64,000 nt of DNA from contig OX597824.1 in NCBI GenBank assembly GCA_951406725.2, forward strand, positions 97,340,001 to 97,404,000, given 5' to 3'. Shown here piece after piece: positions 1 through 12,992 of the stretch (positions are counted from its first letter, which is position 1; every line of letters starts with the position of its first letter). The notes beneath the pieces were generated by a model. The model was not told where the DNA came from. It did not search any database and saw only the letters and a program-made list of their open reading frames with translations. The translations under genes were made by a program, and so were the position numbers. Source of the DNA: Octopus vulgaris. Taxonomy: Eukaryota.

Positions 1-615
1 ACCAGGGGCAGCTGATGAAGGGGAATTTTCCTTGTATTGTTTGTCCTGTACTCTGTTCTTTCGTTGTTAAAAAAAGTCCGTTTCCTTGTTTGATTTTATG
101 TTTTCGTTTCTCGTTGTGTTCTAGGTTTATTTGTGGTGTCCTGTACTCATATATGAATGTATCTATACATATAGATGTAAGTATGTTCATATATGTATGT
201 ATATATGCAAATGTTTTATTTATTATATTGTTATTATTATATATATATATATATATATATATACATAGATATGGCCGCTTTTTAATATGTAAGCCACTTT
301 TCTTCAGTGGTAGATGCGTGTATATATGTGTGGTCTATATTTATGCGATCACAGTATTTCCGTTAATGGCGTATGAGTGTATATATTTGTGCACGCCTCT
401 TGTCTATATGTATGTGAATGTTTTCGCTTATAGTGTAGGTGTGTATAATTATGTGTCAAAACGGAAGGAAACGAAATGTAAATGGTGTATATATAGAGAG
501 AAACGTGTATTAACACACACACAAAATTCCACAAACATATATGCATTCATATGTTCTTATAAGGGTATAAATATATATATACGTTTGTGTGTGTGTGTCT
601 GTCTGGTGTGTGTGT

Positions 616-647
<32 letters not shown>

Positions 648-1234
648 TGTATGTTTGTGAATATCAATTAGTGTTTAGCGATGCAAAAATATCTTTATAT
701 ACGTGCGAGCGTATTTCTGTGTATCGGTGAAAGTGCGTGCATCCATTCTGTGTGCTTGTTTGCCTGTGTGTTCTGTGTGTATATATGGCACTGGACACGA
801 ATACGCACGCAGGACTATGCATAGGCTTTTGACGAAATGTGTCTCAGTATGTATGCGTGCATGCGGGAGCATGTTTTTTGTGTGTGTGTGTGTGTGTATA
901 CGTGTTTGCACGATTGTCTGTATGGATGGAGAAGAATGAGGTTATGCATCTGCTGTGTTGCCACCAACATTCTGGTGCCTGTAGTGGTTTCGCCAATGTT
1001 ATTTTTATTTATTCAGAGACCATCTATCACGAATGTCTATTCTCTACGATTCACTAATTTTCTTGTTCTACATAGCAAGAGCGAAGGGCAATAACGATGC
1101 TATCGGATGCAGACACATGTCCTGACATGTTTACAGGTGGTGGAAATAGGTCTGTTGTTTTGATGCAGCCACCCCATTAGACCATAAAAAATACATATCA
1201 CATATATCCATATACCCTGAAAAATGCATATATT

Positions 1235-1467
1235 TATTTCTTTACTACCCACAAGGGGCTAAACACAGAGGGGACAAACAGGGACAGACAAACGTATTAA
1301 GTCGATTATATCGACCCCAGTGCGTAACTGGTACTTAATTTATCGACCCCGAAAGGATGAAAAGCAAAGTCGACCTTGGCGGAATTTGAACTCAGAACGT
1401 AACGGCAGATGAAATACGGCTACGCATTTTGCCCGGCGTGCTAACGTTTCTACCATCTCGCCGCCTT
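1235..1467 (-). mobile_element. tRNA-derived SINE family B (Nin/Deu-like central domain), full-length monomer with 15-bp TSD
   Basis: Minus strand reads ggcggcgagatggtagaaacgttagcac...gagttcaaattcc (B box)...gtcgactttgcttttcatcctttcggggtcgataaattaagtaccag; exact direct repeat aaaaatgcatatatt at 1220-1234 and 1468-1482; many related copies in the window. Confidence 0.9.
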
Positions 1468-2149
1468 AAAAATGCATATATTACTTAGAGATGGAAGGTG
1501 AATATGTAAACCCCAATGTACAGTGAGTGGCAAGTATTGTATCTACCCCAGGGTACGAAAAATTATAATACATATTGCATCTGTCAACCAGGGCAGAGCG
1601 AAAATATTTAATGCATCTATTGCACTATATGATGAGCCCTCTCGGACCTGCACCTCTGTGTCTAACTTTACCCTCAACCTGGGCTCCTAAGCAAAAAATA
1701 AATAGTTGTCTAAACAACTATTCAGCTCAAAAGCAACGAATGTAGTTGAACTAATGGACAAATTCCGCTTCATCAGCCTTTTCTACGTGTGTTGCTTATT
1801 ACTTCTCAACCGAGAATGCGGCAGAGTTAGCGTTGAACCAATTCCCGCCGTAGAGGGAATACAGCTCGTTAGAGTTAAAGTTATGTCTTTCATTTAATAG
1901 CAATCGCATCTACCACAGAGGGCCTAAGACAGCTGAAAGATGAAAGCTAGAATCTACTGCAGCGGGATTTGAAGGAAATTAGAAACAATAAGCTCAATAA
2001 TATTAATAGTCATATATACATCTCAGTTATGCAGCTCATGATTTACGCTGATGCTTAAAATTTGTCCATCATATATCATTCCTCCGACGGCAATGTATCC
2101 GTGTTTGTATGCATGTATGTGTGTGCGAGTGAGTGAGTGTGTATGTGTG

Positions 2150-2520
2150 CATTTTCTCCTCTATTCTTTTATTATTTGAATTGCTCCTCTGCAGTAGAGG
2201 TTGGTTTCTGACAAGGATACACAGTTCGCTCGTTGGAATGTTCATATCGAAAACAATTTCACATTTTGAGGTTGAGAAAAGTTTTGCATCTGTAGTGCTG
2301 TGTTGGTCGATGGTGGTGTTACCAATGTCTACCATGATTGCCATGATTGTGGAAGTGAAATTCCAAGATGTACCAGAAATATTTTTCAAACATCAGTTTC
2401 CATAGTGCTACATTCTGCCAGTAGAAGTGTAAACGAACCTTTTATCGACTTAAACTGGCGGTGTCTACAGAAATGTAGAAGAAAATGTTCAAAAGGAAAT
2501 TTCAAACGATTTTCTAGACT
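2150..2520 (-). mobile_element. Highly degraded R4/Dong-like LINE fragment (RLE region)
   Basis: Broken minus-strand translation LSR*KVRLHFYWQ...KCEIVFDMNIPT resembles the RH..V...HW / ILWD..I.T region of RLE non-LTR elements; flanked by (TATG)n. Confidence 0.35.
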
Positions 2521-2610
2521 TATGTACGTATGTATGTATCTATGCACGTTTTGAAGTCGTAAATATCTGATGTATGTATGTATGTATGTATGTATGTATG
2601 TATGTATGTA

Positions 2611-3122
2611 TATTGAGGGAATGGAACGAGTAAAATCCAGGCAACATACATTTCTTAACTGATTCTCTGATGTATTAATTACTCAGTGATGGGTACTCAG
2701 CCAGGATAACTTAATTCCATGAATGTTACATTGACGTTCAGAATTCGGGAATTCCAAGCGATAATGTAACTGTCATGTGATTAAGGTGTTCTCGGCCTGA
2801 TGATTAGCCAGGCTAAGTACCCCTCGTTGAGGAATTAGTACGTCGGAGGATCAGTCAGCTAAGAAAAATATACAGCTTCGATTATTTCCCGTTCCACTCC
2901 CCCAATTTGGAATTTTATTCGCACTCGTAGCAACTCTTGCTGGTAACACTGAGTTATACATGAACCATCAGCTTATCGAATTTCCTTGTAACTACGATAA
3001 AGAAACCTTCAACGTCAGCAAATTAGTTATTGCCTCAGACACTACACTGCACACTTTTGTTTTCTAAGCCTCTCATTGACCGCTTGAAGCTCACAAACTT
3101 CCTACACTTGGTTCCCTAAATA
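2611..3122. mobile_element. Possible solo LTR or short inverted-repeat-bounded element
   Basis: About 510-bp complex segment between SSRs, bounded by imperfect inverted ends tattgagggaa...ttccctaaata. Confidence 0.3.
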
Positions 3123-3159
3123 TTACACTTATACACCAAACTATACATACATATATATA

Positions 3160-3392
3160 TTTTTACAGTTCCAGCGAGGGATTAGATCTGTAGTCTTCGA
3201 ATTAGCTTTCCCCTTTCTGGTTTTGAGAAGCCTAATTTCTCAAGGTTGGTATTTATTCAGGGTGTTACATATCCCATGACTCCAATAATTACAGGTATAA
3301 GCCTGAACTTGTGATCTGGAAAGAGTACGTGCAGATTTCTGAATAGTTCAGCGCAGGTATTCTCTTTTTCACTCATCTTCAGCTTTGTTAAC
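3160..3392 (-). mobile_element. R4/Dong-like LINE fragment, C-terminal RLE region
   Basis: KLKMSEKENTCAELFRNLHVLFPDHKFRLIPVIIGVMGYVT; clearly paralogous to 14180-14382. Confidence 0.75.
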
Positions 3393-3707
3393 ATACCTGT
3401 ACATACATCTGGAAGTGACCTGTTGCATATTTGACGTGGGAGACTATTTATCGAAAATACGATGAATACTATCTCCAACTTTGGAGCCACAACTGCCAGC
3501 CTTGTTAAAAACTGGTTAATGTTCAGATGAATTAATTGAGGGAGCCTTTTATTCAAGATCGTAGTGATTTGCGACTACAACTTGAATATAGCATGCAGAG
3601 AGTTACTATAAACAACATGGCTGGACACAACAACAACAACAACAACACACAATAGAGGAAGAGAACGAAAACAATAACTCAACAGGTAAACACATTCTTT
3701 CTAGCTG

Positions 3708-3761
<54 letters not shown>

Positions 3762-4563
3762 TATATATATAAACTACAGCTAGAAAGAATTTGTTTACCT
3801 GTTGAGTTATACACATACATACATACATAATGTATGTATGTACGTACGTATGTATCAGGAAGTAAAAAGAAATTCCCATCGGTCAAAAAATTTCATACAA
3901 AAATAATTTTTTTAATGAATTTTTAATGATTTCGTCGAATAATTACTAACAATCATCGTTTCTTGCTTTACACCTGCATTCCCCTCTGATTTCTTATTGT
4001 TATGGTAATTGAGCGAAGAAACGTTAAGTGAGATTACTAGCTTTCCAGACTAATGAAAAATATGGTAAAAGGGGCGAATGTGATGACACGGAGAATGGTT
4101 TGTGTTTATGGAAATATCAAATACAAACAATTATCAAAGTAGACTATATTATTATGTTGTGGCGATCTGGGAATTTGTCTCCACGGGAATGGTGCTTTAC
4201 TCCTTCTCTGGCGAGTTTAGAGAGTGGTCCATTGTCTAACGTATATTTATTCTTTTCATCCACCAACTCCTGTCTCTTTAGAAACTTCGATCGACATTCC
4301 ATCTTGCGTTCGATTCTTTCTCTTTCCTTATTTCTAATTTAAATCAAGTTGGTGAACTTTTATTCTTATAATATGCAACTCTATGTTAAGCCATTCAACG
4401 CGAAACTTCACCAACCATAGACCATCGTAGTTGATCGCCTTAAGGTAGACCTCGGGGCGATTCAGCCTGACACAGAATGTGACAGGCCTGGCCCTTTGAA
4501 ATGCACTTACAACTCATTATTGCCAGGTGACGAGACAGCAGAAAGGTGAAATAACGTGAACAT

Positions 4564-4617
<54 letters not shown>

Positions 4618-4619
4618 CA

Positions 4620-4825
4620 CTGGCAGAATCGTTAGCACGCCGGGCGAAATGCTTTGCAGTATTTCGTCTGCCGTCATGTTCTGAGTTCAAATTCCGTCGG
4701 GGTCGACTTTGCCGTTCATCCTTTCGGGGTCGATTAAATAAGCACCCCTTATGCAGTGGGGTCGACGTAATCGACTAAATCCCTTTGTTTGTCCTTGTTT
4801 GTACCCTCTATGTTTAGACCCTGTG
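4620..4825 (+). mobile_element. SINE family B copy
   Basis: tggcagaatcgttagcacgccgggcgaaatg...gagttcaaattcc...cctttcggggtcgat; aligns by eye with 1235-1467. Confidence 0.85.
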
Positions 4826-4942
4826 CTTTTTGTGTTAAGAGATTTCTGTGTTTAAGTTTGTATGTTGGTTGAGCTCTCGATGCACACACGCACGCAGATG
4901 TATGTATGCATGTATGTATATATGTATGTCTGACTATCGGTA

Positions 4943-4996
<54 letters not shown>

Positions 4997-6190
4997 ACGT
5001 ATCATGTTATCAATTATACTCTATGAAGATAATTTAGAATATTCGACAATGAAATCTGTTTCCCTTTCACACTTTCAATGTTCTTCGTAATGGAGATTTC
5101 CTAATTCTGTACAAATAATAGTTAATGTTCGATGTATTCATGTGTTGCATACATCATTTCTTTAATCTCAGAATTCAGGACTCTTTCCTATCCTTGAACA
5201 TAACTTATTCACATCCGCCCATTTGTCCACCATCCTAAAAATAACTCACTGTATATTTTAGCTGTGGAGTCTTCTTAACCTCCCCCCCAAAAAAAAACCA
5301 AAGATTCAATTGCTAATCTCGTCCTTTTGTAGAATATTGAGCGGAGATGGTTGTGTTATTAACTAATGTTTTGTTTTGTAATGATTCATCGCAGTAAATG
5401 CATAATCAAGCGACGAAACTACGTCGTGGTAACGCATGCAATATAACAGTTTGACTTATGAAGTCTGCACCTTCCACGTTCACAGTGTAATTTGTGTAAT
5501 CCATTTTCAATCTCAAATATATTCTGTGATATGCAGGTTCTTCGTTTCGTATTAATAGGGAGATTACTAAATACAGTGCTTATGGTTTTTTCTTTTTTTT
5601 CCAATATTTTCCTACTATTAATTTAGGATTAGCTGCAACACATTACAATATATTACAATACATTTCAGCATACTGCAGTACAAAATACGAACGAAAACCA
5701 AAGGGAAAATATTAATTGCTAACACAGCTATTCGATATGAAATGTCACAAAACAAAAATATTAGCTTTAATAATATCAAAATAACACAACATTGTTGGAA
5801 CACTTTGAGAATATTTAATGAGTAATGGATTGATGAAACTAAACTGGGATGAGAGGTTTAAATATTTAAAATCTGATGATAGTGGATTTGTAGGATAGAA
5901 TCTTATTTTCTGTTCACTGTAAAAAGTTCGCCATAGAAAATACACTGGAAATCATTTCTTTCAGATAATAAAACTCAAGAATACATAGAAATATTGAGGG
6001 ATTTTGAATGAAACTATTACCAAATAATTATAAAGTACTAATAAGGACATATGCAACATCTTAAACTCGAACATAGTCGTATTTTCGAATATGTATTGTG
6101 TTGCGTACAGTGTAGGTGTGTGTGTGTGTGTGTGTGTGAAAAGATCACCTAACAACAGCTGTTGATACCAGTGGGAATTTATCTTTATAT

Positions 6191-6317
6191 TCCACAAGGC
6201 TTTGGTCGGCCCCAAGCTATGGTAGAGGACACTTGCCCAAGATGCCACGCAGTGGGACTGAACCCAGAACCATTTCTGGTTGGGAAGTAAGCTTCTTACC
6301 ACAAAACCACGTGCGTG
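6191..6317 (-). mobile_element. SINE family A (CORE-like), 5' part
   Basis: Reverse complement of tRNA-like head plus ggcatcttgggcaagtgtcctctac; matches 38390-38806. Confidence 0.8.
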
Positions 6318-6325
6318 TGTTTCTT

Positions 6326-6379
<54 letters not shown>

Positions 6380-7425
6380 CATACATACGTACACACACAC
6401 ATGCATGCATACACACACGCGCGCACACACACATAATAAAATTAACCATTCTGATCAGATGCAGAATCATGGTTTTGTCGAAGACGCGAAATGCTTATTA
6501 GCCATTCCGTTATTGTCAATTATTATTTTCTAAAGACCCTCGAATATATCTGCAATTCTCGCTTAATTTCATTCTTTATCCTTATTGAAATGATTGGTGG
6601 AAGATAGAATCAGTTTATTAATCTTCCTTTATTTTTTTAATTTTCTCTCTTTTACCTAAAAACAAGATAAATAGCACCAAATTTCTATGTAAATAACTGA
6701 ATCAGCAACAATATAAATCAGATAATTAGAAGATAAAAAAAATTTATGAAATAAATTATAATTTCAATAAAGCCATTTATGTGTAAAGATAATTAAAGTC
6801 TAAATAAACTCTATTTTCCAACTTTGTTACAATTTTTTCTTTTTTTTTTTTTTTCCTTTCTCTGTTTCTAATTCTTTCTTTCACACTTGAAATGAAAAGA
6901 TGAAAGAAATTAGTTCCAGAATTCGTAGAAATTCTCGGTAATACTTTCTAATCTTCAAATCAACAAGTTTAATCAAGTGTAAAGTAATTATATATTTGCC
7001 TCAAATATAACGGTTCGTTTTTAGCTACTTATAATAAAGGACCTATATTACAAGGAAACGTGATTATAGGGATATGTGATGCTAATAACGAACCAAACAG
7101 CATTAGTCTTTTAATCCAGACAAGCTAATTAAGGCGTCTTTACGTGGTGAGTCGACTGTTTCGAGTAACGACCTGAACTCGTTCAATTTACTCCTTACCC
7201 GCTTTGAAGAATGGAGCGACACAATCGATAATACAGTTCTATATTTAAGAGATGAGGAATTTTGTACATTATTTACATTGAATCTCTACATCTACACAGG
7301 AAAGTTAGATGGTCTGAAAGACGAGCTAGTTTCTGATGGAGTTTCTCTATATGTCTCCATTGAAGACTAATGTCGGTTCCGCACCGATTAGATAATACAG
7401 TTCCATATTTAAGAGATGGGGAATT

Positions 7426-7682
7426 AGGCCCACGGGCATATGGCGTAGTGATTAAGAGTGCGGACTACTAACGCCAAGATTCCGAGTTCGATTCCAGGCA
7501 GTGACCTGAATAATGATGATGATAATAATAATAATAACATCGTAAGATACCTTAGGAATGAGAACCCAGGTTCGACATTTCCCCAAGACACCTGATGAAG
7601 GCTGGAGGGTATATGAGCCGAAACGTTGTGTTGACACCAAACATGATGAGGCCAAATATCCGTCAAATGTAAATAATGTACA
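7426..7682 (+). mobile_element. tRNA-headed SINE-like element carrying a hammerhead ribozyme motif
   Basis: A box TGGCGTAGTGA (7441-7451), B box GAGTTCGATTCC (7484-7495), (GAT/AAT)n spacer, then HHR motif 7587-7632 on the same strand. Confidence 0.7.
7587..7632 (+). ncRNA. Minimal type I hammerhead ribozyme motif
   Basis: Stem I gacac/gtgtt; core CTGATGA plus an extra A; stem II ggct/agcc; GAAA; palindromic loopless stem III ACGT; predicted GUU cleavage triplet. Confidence 0.7.
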
Positions 7683-7699
7683 ATCGATAATATATTCTA

Positions 7700-7970
7700 C
7701 AAGGCGGCGATCCCCCAGAAAGTTTGGCCAATGTATTGCTCTCAACACCCTGAGCAAGTTAATACAAATATTAGGTTTTCCGCAGCACATGTGAAGCTGT
7801 TTTCCACTGTAAAGCGTTGACCCTGTTTGAAAGAGAACTCCGATCCCCCAATTAGGTTGACGGATATACCACAGTTGCGCCTCCCGCATATTTTTGCGGA
7901 TATTGTCGCCTACTGGGCTTGTGTCAGGAGACTCTTCATAGATTTGGATTGTCTTTTGCTCTTTATGATG
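7700..7970 (-). mobile_element. Penelope-like element fragment, GIY-YIG endonuclease (pseudogenised)
   Basis: Minus-strand frame EFSFKQGQRFTVENSFTCAAENLIFVLTCSGC*EQYIGQT, homologous to the peptide at 35770-36087. Confidence 0.8.
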
Positions 7971-8071
7971 GTGTGCGTTTAGAGAATTAAAATACTATTA
8001 AATTTTATTCAATTTTTAAAAAGGTAAAATCGGACAGAACTTATGGGATGACCTGATACGCACACACATAT

Positions 8072-8215
8072 ACGACGGGCTTCTTCAAGTTTTCGTCTAT
8101 CAATTGGGCAGTTTGGAGTTATAGTTGATGACATTTACCCAAGATGCCGCGAAGTGGGATTGAACTGGAAGCCACGTGGTTTGCAAAGCGAGCTTCTTAA
8201 ACCCGACAGTCATGT
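8072..8215 (-). mobile_element. SINE family A, degenerate 5' part
   Basis: cgacgggcttcttcaagttttcgtcta...cccaagatgccgcgaagtgggattgaac. Confidence 0.65.
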
Positions 8216-8496
8216 GTGTGCATATGCATAACTGTTTATATATGTATGTAATATTGCCAAAGGCTAACTGAGAGTCATTAATCTCAGAGCTTTACATTTT
8301 AAAAATTGCATCGACTGACCAATGTAGCAGACGATAATAAAATGAAAGATTTATGCAAAACAAATAGCATATGTAAAAAAAAATAAACAAAAGGAAAAAC
8401 AAAGAGAACTGAAATGCGCCATTTTGTTTCATATCAGACAATTAATAAATGCCAATATGTCATTAAAGAGTAATGAAGTATTGGATGAATGAGTAA

Positions 8497-9069
8497 TCTC
8501 TATATATATGTAAAGCTGAAGTTGTCTGTGTATGGCAGGTTTGGTAGCCTTCAACTAACACTATCTCCTCCGAGACCATGCGACGCAAGTTGACCAAAAT
8601 TGAAAGTATGATAGAAGAAGCTTGCTCTTCCTTCCGTAAAAACAAAATTCAAATCGGACCGTGTTAACACCAAAAATTATTTATATTAAAAAGGTGCTTT
8701 TTTCTATGAAAATCCCTATATTTTACGATGTATGGCAGGTTTGGTAGTCTTCAACTAACACTATCTCATCCGAGACCCTACCACGCAAGTTGATCAAAAT
8801 TGAGAATATGATGGAAGAAAGGCTTGCTCTTCCTTCCGTAAAAAAAAAATTCAGATCGGACCGTGTTAACACCAAAAATTATTTACATCAAACAAGTGCT
8901 TTTTTTACGATTTTTTGACTGCTGTGTCGCCATTTTTCGGTGTATTTCAACCAGAAAAATGTTCACTTAAAGAGAATAACAAGCTACATAATGCAAAAGT
9001 TTTACTTTTCAAAAATTCCAATTCTAAAGGGTCGAAACAAACCCAAGATACGCGGGACGAAACTGCTAA
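8497..9069 (+). mobile_element. Non-autonomous Helitron with an internal ~200-bp tandem duplication
   Basis: 5' TCTCTATATA start; decayed 3' end ...gcgggacgaaactgCTAA; unit tgtatggcaggtttggtag... starts at both 8529 and 8729; homologous to 9367-9754. Confidence 0.7.
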
Positions 9070-9366
9070 TCTGACAATATCATATCTCCTCCTTGGAAAA
9101 CTTTCGGAATTAAATGCAAACCGAAAATGGACCGCAAGGATTTAGATTATGTAAAAACTATTAAAAACCGCTATTTTAAACTGTATTTATCAGGACAGTG
9201 AACACGATTAAGGCTATTGTACGCATGGTTGAACATTTAGGTCATGTTATAGTTGTTTCGCCACGAGTGATTCCCGTTTGAAAAAACATTTTAATAGAAT
9301 AATTTCCAACCAAGATCATCACACACTTTTGCGTATCTAAAGTTATATATATATTCTTTACATTTA

Positions 9367-9754
9367 CTAGCAGTATCGCCCGGCGTTGCTCGGTTTTGTT
9401 TCGACCCTTTAGAATTGGAATTTTTGAAAAGTAAAAATTTTGCATTATGTAGCTTGTCATTCTCTTTAAGTGAACATTTTCTGGTTGAAATGCACCGAAA
9501 ATTGGCGACACAGCAGTAAAAAAATCGTACAAAATAGGGATTTTCATAGAAAAAAAGCACCTTTTTGATGTCAATAATTTTTGCTGTTAACATTCTCCGA
9601 TTTGAATTTTTTCTTCTACGGAAGGATGAGCAAGCTTTTTTCTATCATACTCTCAATTTTGGTCAACTTGCGCCGTAGGGTCTCGGAGGAGATAGTGTTA
9701 GTTGAAGGCTACCAAACCTGCCACACACAGACAACTTCAACTTTTATATAGAGA
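9367..9754 (-). mobile_element. Non-autonomous Helitron (same family as 8497-9069)
   Basis: Minus strand: 5' TCTCTATATAAAAG ... ccgagcaacgccggg subterminal hairpin ... CTAG|T 3' end. Confidence 0.8.
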
Positions 9755-10154
9755 AAGATAAAGATAATACGGTGCGATTTGAAGAATTCTTGCTATTATT
9801 TCTAGGAAGCAGGGTGGCTTTTATTGCTCCTGCTTTTGTTCTTGTTTAGTCCAAAGTCAAACATGTTTTAGTAAATTTACCATCAAAGACATGTCATATT
9901 TGACCATCTCGTCTGTTATTGAGACTAACCATGCACAGGGCTGCATTAGCTAATGTGTTTTTCCTTTTATTTATGGCGTTAAAAGCGACATTTAAGGACA
10001 TATAATTGCTACCTGAAGCAGGTAAAATAACCTTATTAATGTTTGCTCGGTGCCAAGTGTTGTCTTAATTGTATTGTAGTTGTTGTTGATGATGATGGCG
10101 ATGATGACAACGACGATATTTATTCTTTCTTCAAGATTAAAATTTATTCGCACA

Positions 10155-10392
10155 CAGTAATCCCTCGACTATCGCGGGTGTTACGTTCCAAAACTCCCCG
10201 CGATGGGGGGAAAATCAGCGAGGTAGAAACAGTACTGTATTGTAAATTTTTAAAGATTATTTTTATGATTTGTATATATTTATATTATTATAAATACAAA
10301 ACAACACCATAGAGGAATCGACGTAAGCTTAAATAATAAACCGCGATAAGTGAACTGCGACAGGTGGACCGCGATATGGCGAGGGCTTACTG
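10155..10392 (+). mobile_element. pogo/Tigger-like MITE
   Basis: TIRs CAGTAATCCCTCG / CGAGGGCTTACTG followed by TA; subterminal atcgcg/cgcgat motifs. Confidence 0.8.
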
Positions 10393-10709
10393 TATTCCAG
10401 TTTCATCGAATAATTAAAACATCCAAGATCTAGTCTACGCTTGGTTTTATCCTGTTAGAGACCTCTAAAAATAGAAAGACTTATTTTTCGTATCTATGAT
10501 GTTGTTTTACCCGAAATGGGTACAAGTTTCTTCCCAAATTCTCGGAATCATTGCAGAAGAGGATTAAATAATAATTCGTAAAACACCATAATGTATAAAA
10601 AAATTTATAATCTATTACGTATCGTGTTAAATCACGTGATTGGCGAAGTAATTATATTCTACGGCTGCGCATTGGCTTCATACTCGACATTAAAAATTAG
10701 AAGAAAAAA

Positions 10710-10910
10710 AGGGTGGCAAGCTAGCAGAATCGTTGATATGCTTTACGCAAATGCTTAGCGGCATTTCGTCCGTTTTTGCATTCTGAGTTCAAATCCCGAA
10801 GTGGTCGATGTTTCCTTTGATCCTTTCGGAATCGATAAAATTAGTACCAGTTGTCTACTGGGGTCGATGTGCTCAACTTATTCTCTCAACCTAAATTGCT
10901 GGCTTTGAAA
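10710..10910 (+). mobile_element. SINE family B, degenerate
   Basis: ggtggcaagctagcagaatcgttg...gagttcaaatcc...cctttcggaatcgataaaattagtaccag. Confidence 0.7.
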
Positions 10911-11354
10911 CCATTATTATTAATTTTACTATTATTTATTATTTATTTACCTCATTCATTTCGTTTTTTTTTTATGCTGAGATGCTGTGAAATATGTTCA
11001 ATGTGCCTGAAAGTGACAGCGGGGTGGGGGTTCAATTTAACAGTTACCTGAGAATGGATGCCACGAAGCTGGCACCTGTAAAGTGAGCTTACACACAAAA
11101 GTTCTGTTCGTATATATGCAAATTGAACACAGAGGCATACCTAAGAGTACATATGTGTGTATATATGCGTGTACACACACACACACATACTCTCTCCACC
11201 CTCTCTCTCTCTCTCCCTCTTCCACACACACGTATAGCAATACACTCAAACACAACCACACACATATATATATAACGATACCCTTACTTTTCTTTATCAT
11301 TTCTATTTGTGTCTACCCTTTTCTTTTGTCTAATCTACTCTATCACTCATACAC

Positions 11355-11478
11355 TCTTTCTTTCTTTCTTTCATTCATTCTTTCTTTCTTTTTTCTTTCT
11401 TGCTTTCATTCATTCTTTTTTCTTTCTTTCTTTCTTTTTCCTTTCTTTCTTTTTTCTTTCTTGATTTCATTCGTTCAT

Positions 11479-11510
<32 letters not shown>

Positions 11511-11590
11511 TTTTTTCTTTCTTGCTTTCATTCATTCATTCTTTCTTTCTTTTTTCTTCTTTTCATTCATACTTTTTTCTTTCTTTCTTA
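11355..11590. repeat. Imperfect (TTTC/TTCA)n polypyrimidine tract
   Basis: Read directly from the sequence. Confidence 0.9.
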
Positions 11591-12285
11591 CTGTGTACAC
11601 ACACATACACGTATATGCATACGAATACTTATACACATATGGATACCTGCCTAGGTACCACACTACATGTACACAGACACATATGACTGTGTGCGCTCGC
11701 GCGCGTGTGTGTGTGTGTGTATGTGTGTGTGTGTGTGTGTGTGTGTCGTGTGTGTGTGTGTGTGTGTACAATGCATGTGTACATAATGGCTGCAACTTCA
11801 GCAAATATGCTGATTTATTTCATTGAGGGTAAAAAGCTGAAAGATATATAAGCATTCATACGCACACACATCTATACAAACATATGCACATACATACTCA
11901 CGCACACGCGCATACACCCGTACACACACAAACACACACAAACCTATATATACACACACACATGATCTTTCATATATATTTTTTTATGTAATACAAAGCA
12001 ACGAGTGTGTTGCCATTCCTTAACTATTTATAGCGAAAGTCACTCACTCACATATCTATCTCTCTCTCTCTTTCCCTCTCTCTCTCTATCTATCTATTTG
12101 TATAGGTATGTATATGTTTATATATATAAATATATATATATATATGTGTGTGTGTGTACATACATACATATATATATATGTATAAATATATATATGTGTG
12201 TGTAACTGTGTATTTATGTATATGCATATTTATATTAGTATATATATATGCATGTGTTATGAGCGTCTGTATGTATGCATATTTA

Positions 12286-12316
<31 letters not shown>

Positions 12317-12992
12317 ACGTATGCATGTACGTATGTATGTGTGTATGTATGTACATAATTTTTGAATCTAACTTTTTGAAATGATGCAAAAAATGTCTGA
12401 TCTTGCCAGTCAAGTTCATGGTAACTTCTAACAGAATCGCTTCTAGCTTTTCTGGATTTATTGCATTTTTCAAATTCGAATGCTCTTTCATGTAGCACCT
12501 CGGCACACGTACATATTTCAAAGAATTTCACATATACACCTGTGCAAACATACACATGCACACACACATACACACCATCACACACCATTACCACACTACA
12601 CTTACACTCGGAAACACAAATACACACAGTCAAACACACACACACACACACACATGTAGACTTGTATGTGTATTAACAAAGAGAGAGAAAGTAGCTAATT
12701 CAAGTTATCGAAGCCTATTTCCTGTATCACTCGAGCATATGCAAAAATACCTTGCGGTATTTGTTCCGATCCCTTATATTCCGTGTTCAATTCCCATCAA
12801 AGTGAATTATACTTTCTTCCTTTCAAGGCCGATAGAATAAATCACAACCTTATGGCGATGGATTAATCGAATTATTGGTAATGTTGGATAGCGTACCTTA
12901 TGACATTCAGACTGTCTCTTTGCGTTCTAAGTTCTTGAGTACTAGACTCGACCTTTCGCCCAGTCGAACCCCTCACCTGCCCCTTAGCTAAT

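Noticed and set aside
1-60. gctgatgaagggg resembling a hammerhead 5' core
   Set aside because: No correctly placed GAAA/stem III/stem I partner; possibly a repeat fragment at the window edge.
15-671. 218-aa ORF
   Set aside because: Low-complexity, SSR-derived composition; no recognisable domain.
7430-7505. Possible genuine tRNA gene
   Set aside because: Has A/B boxes but no convincing acceptor stem or oligo-T terminator; treated as a SINE head.
12355-12520. Complex segment with an open minus-strand frame between TATG/CA repeats
   Set aside because: No recognisable motif; could be a TE fragment but unsupported.
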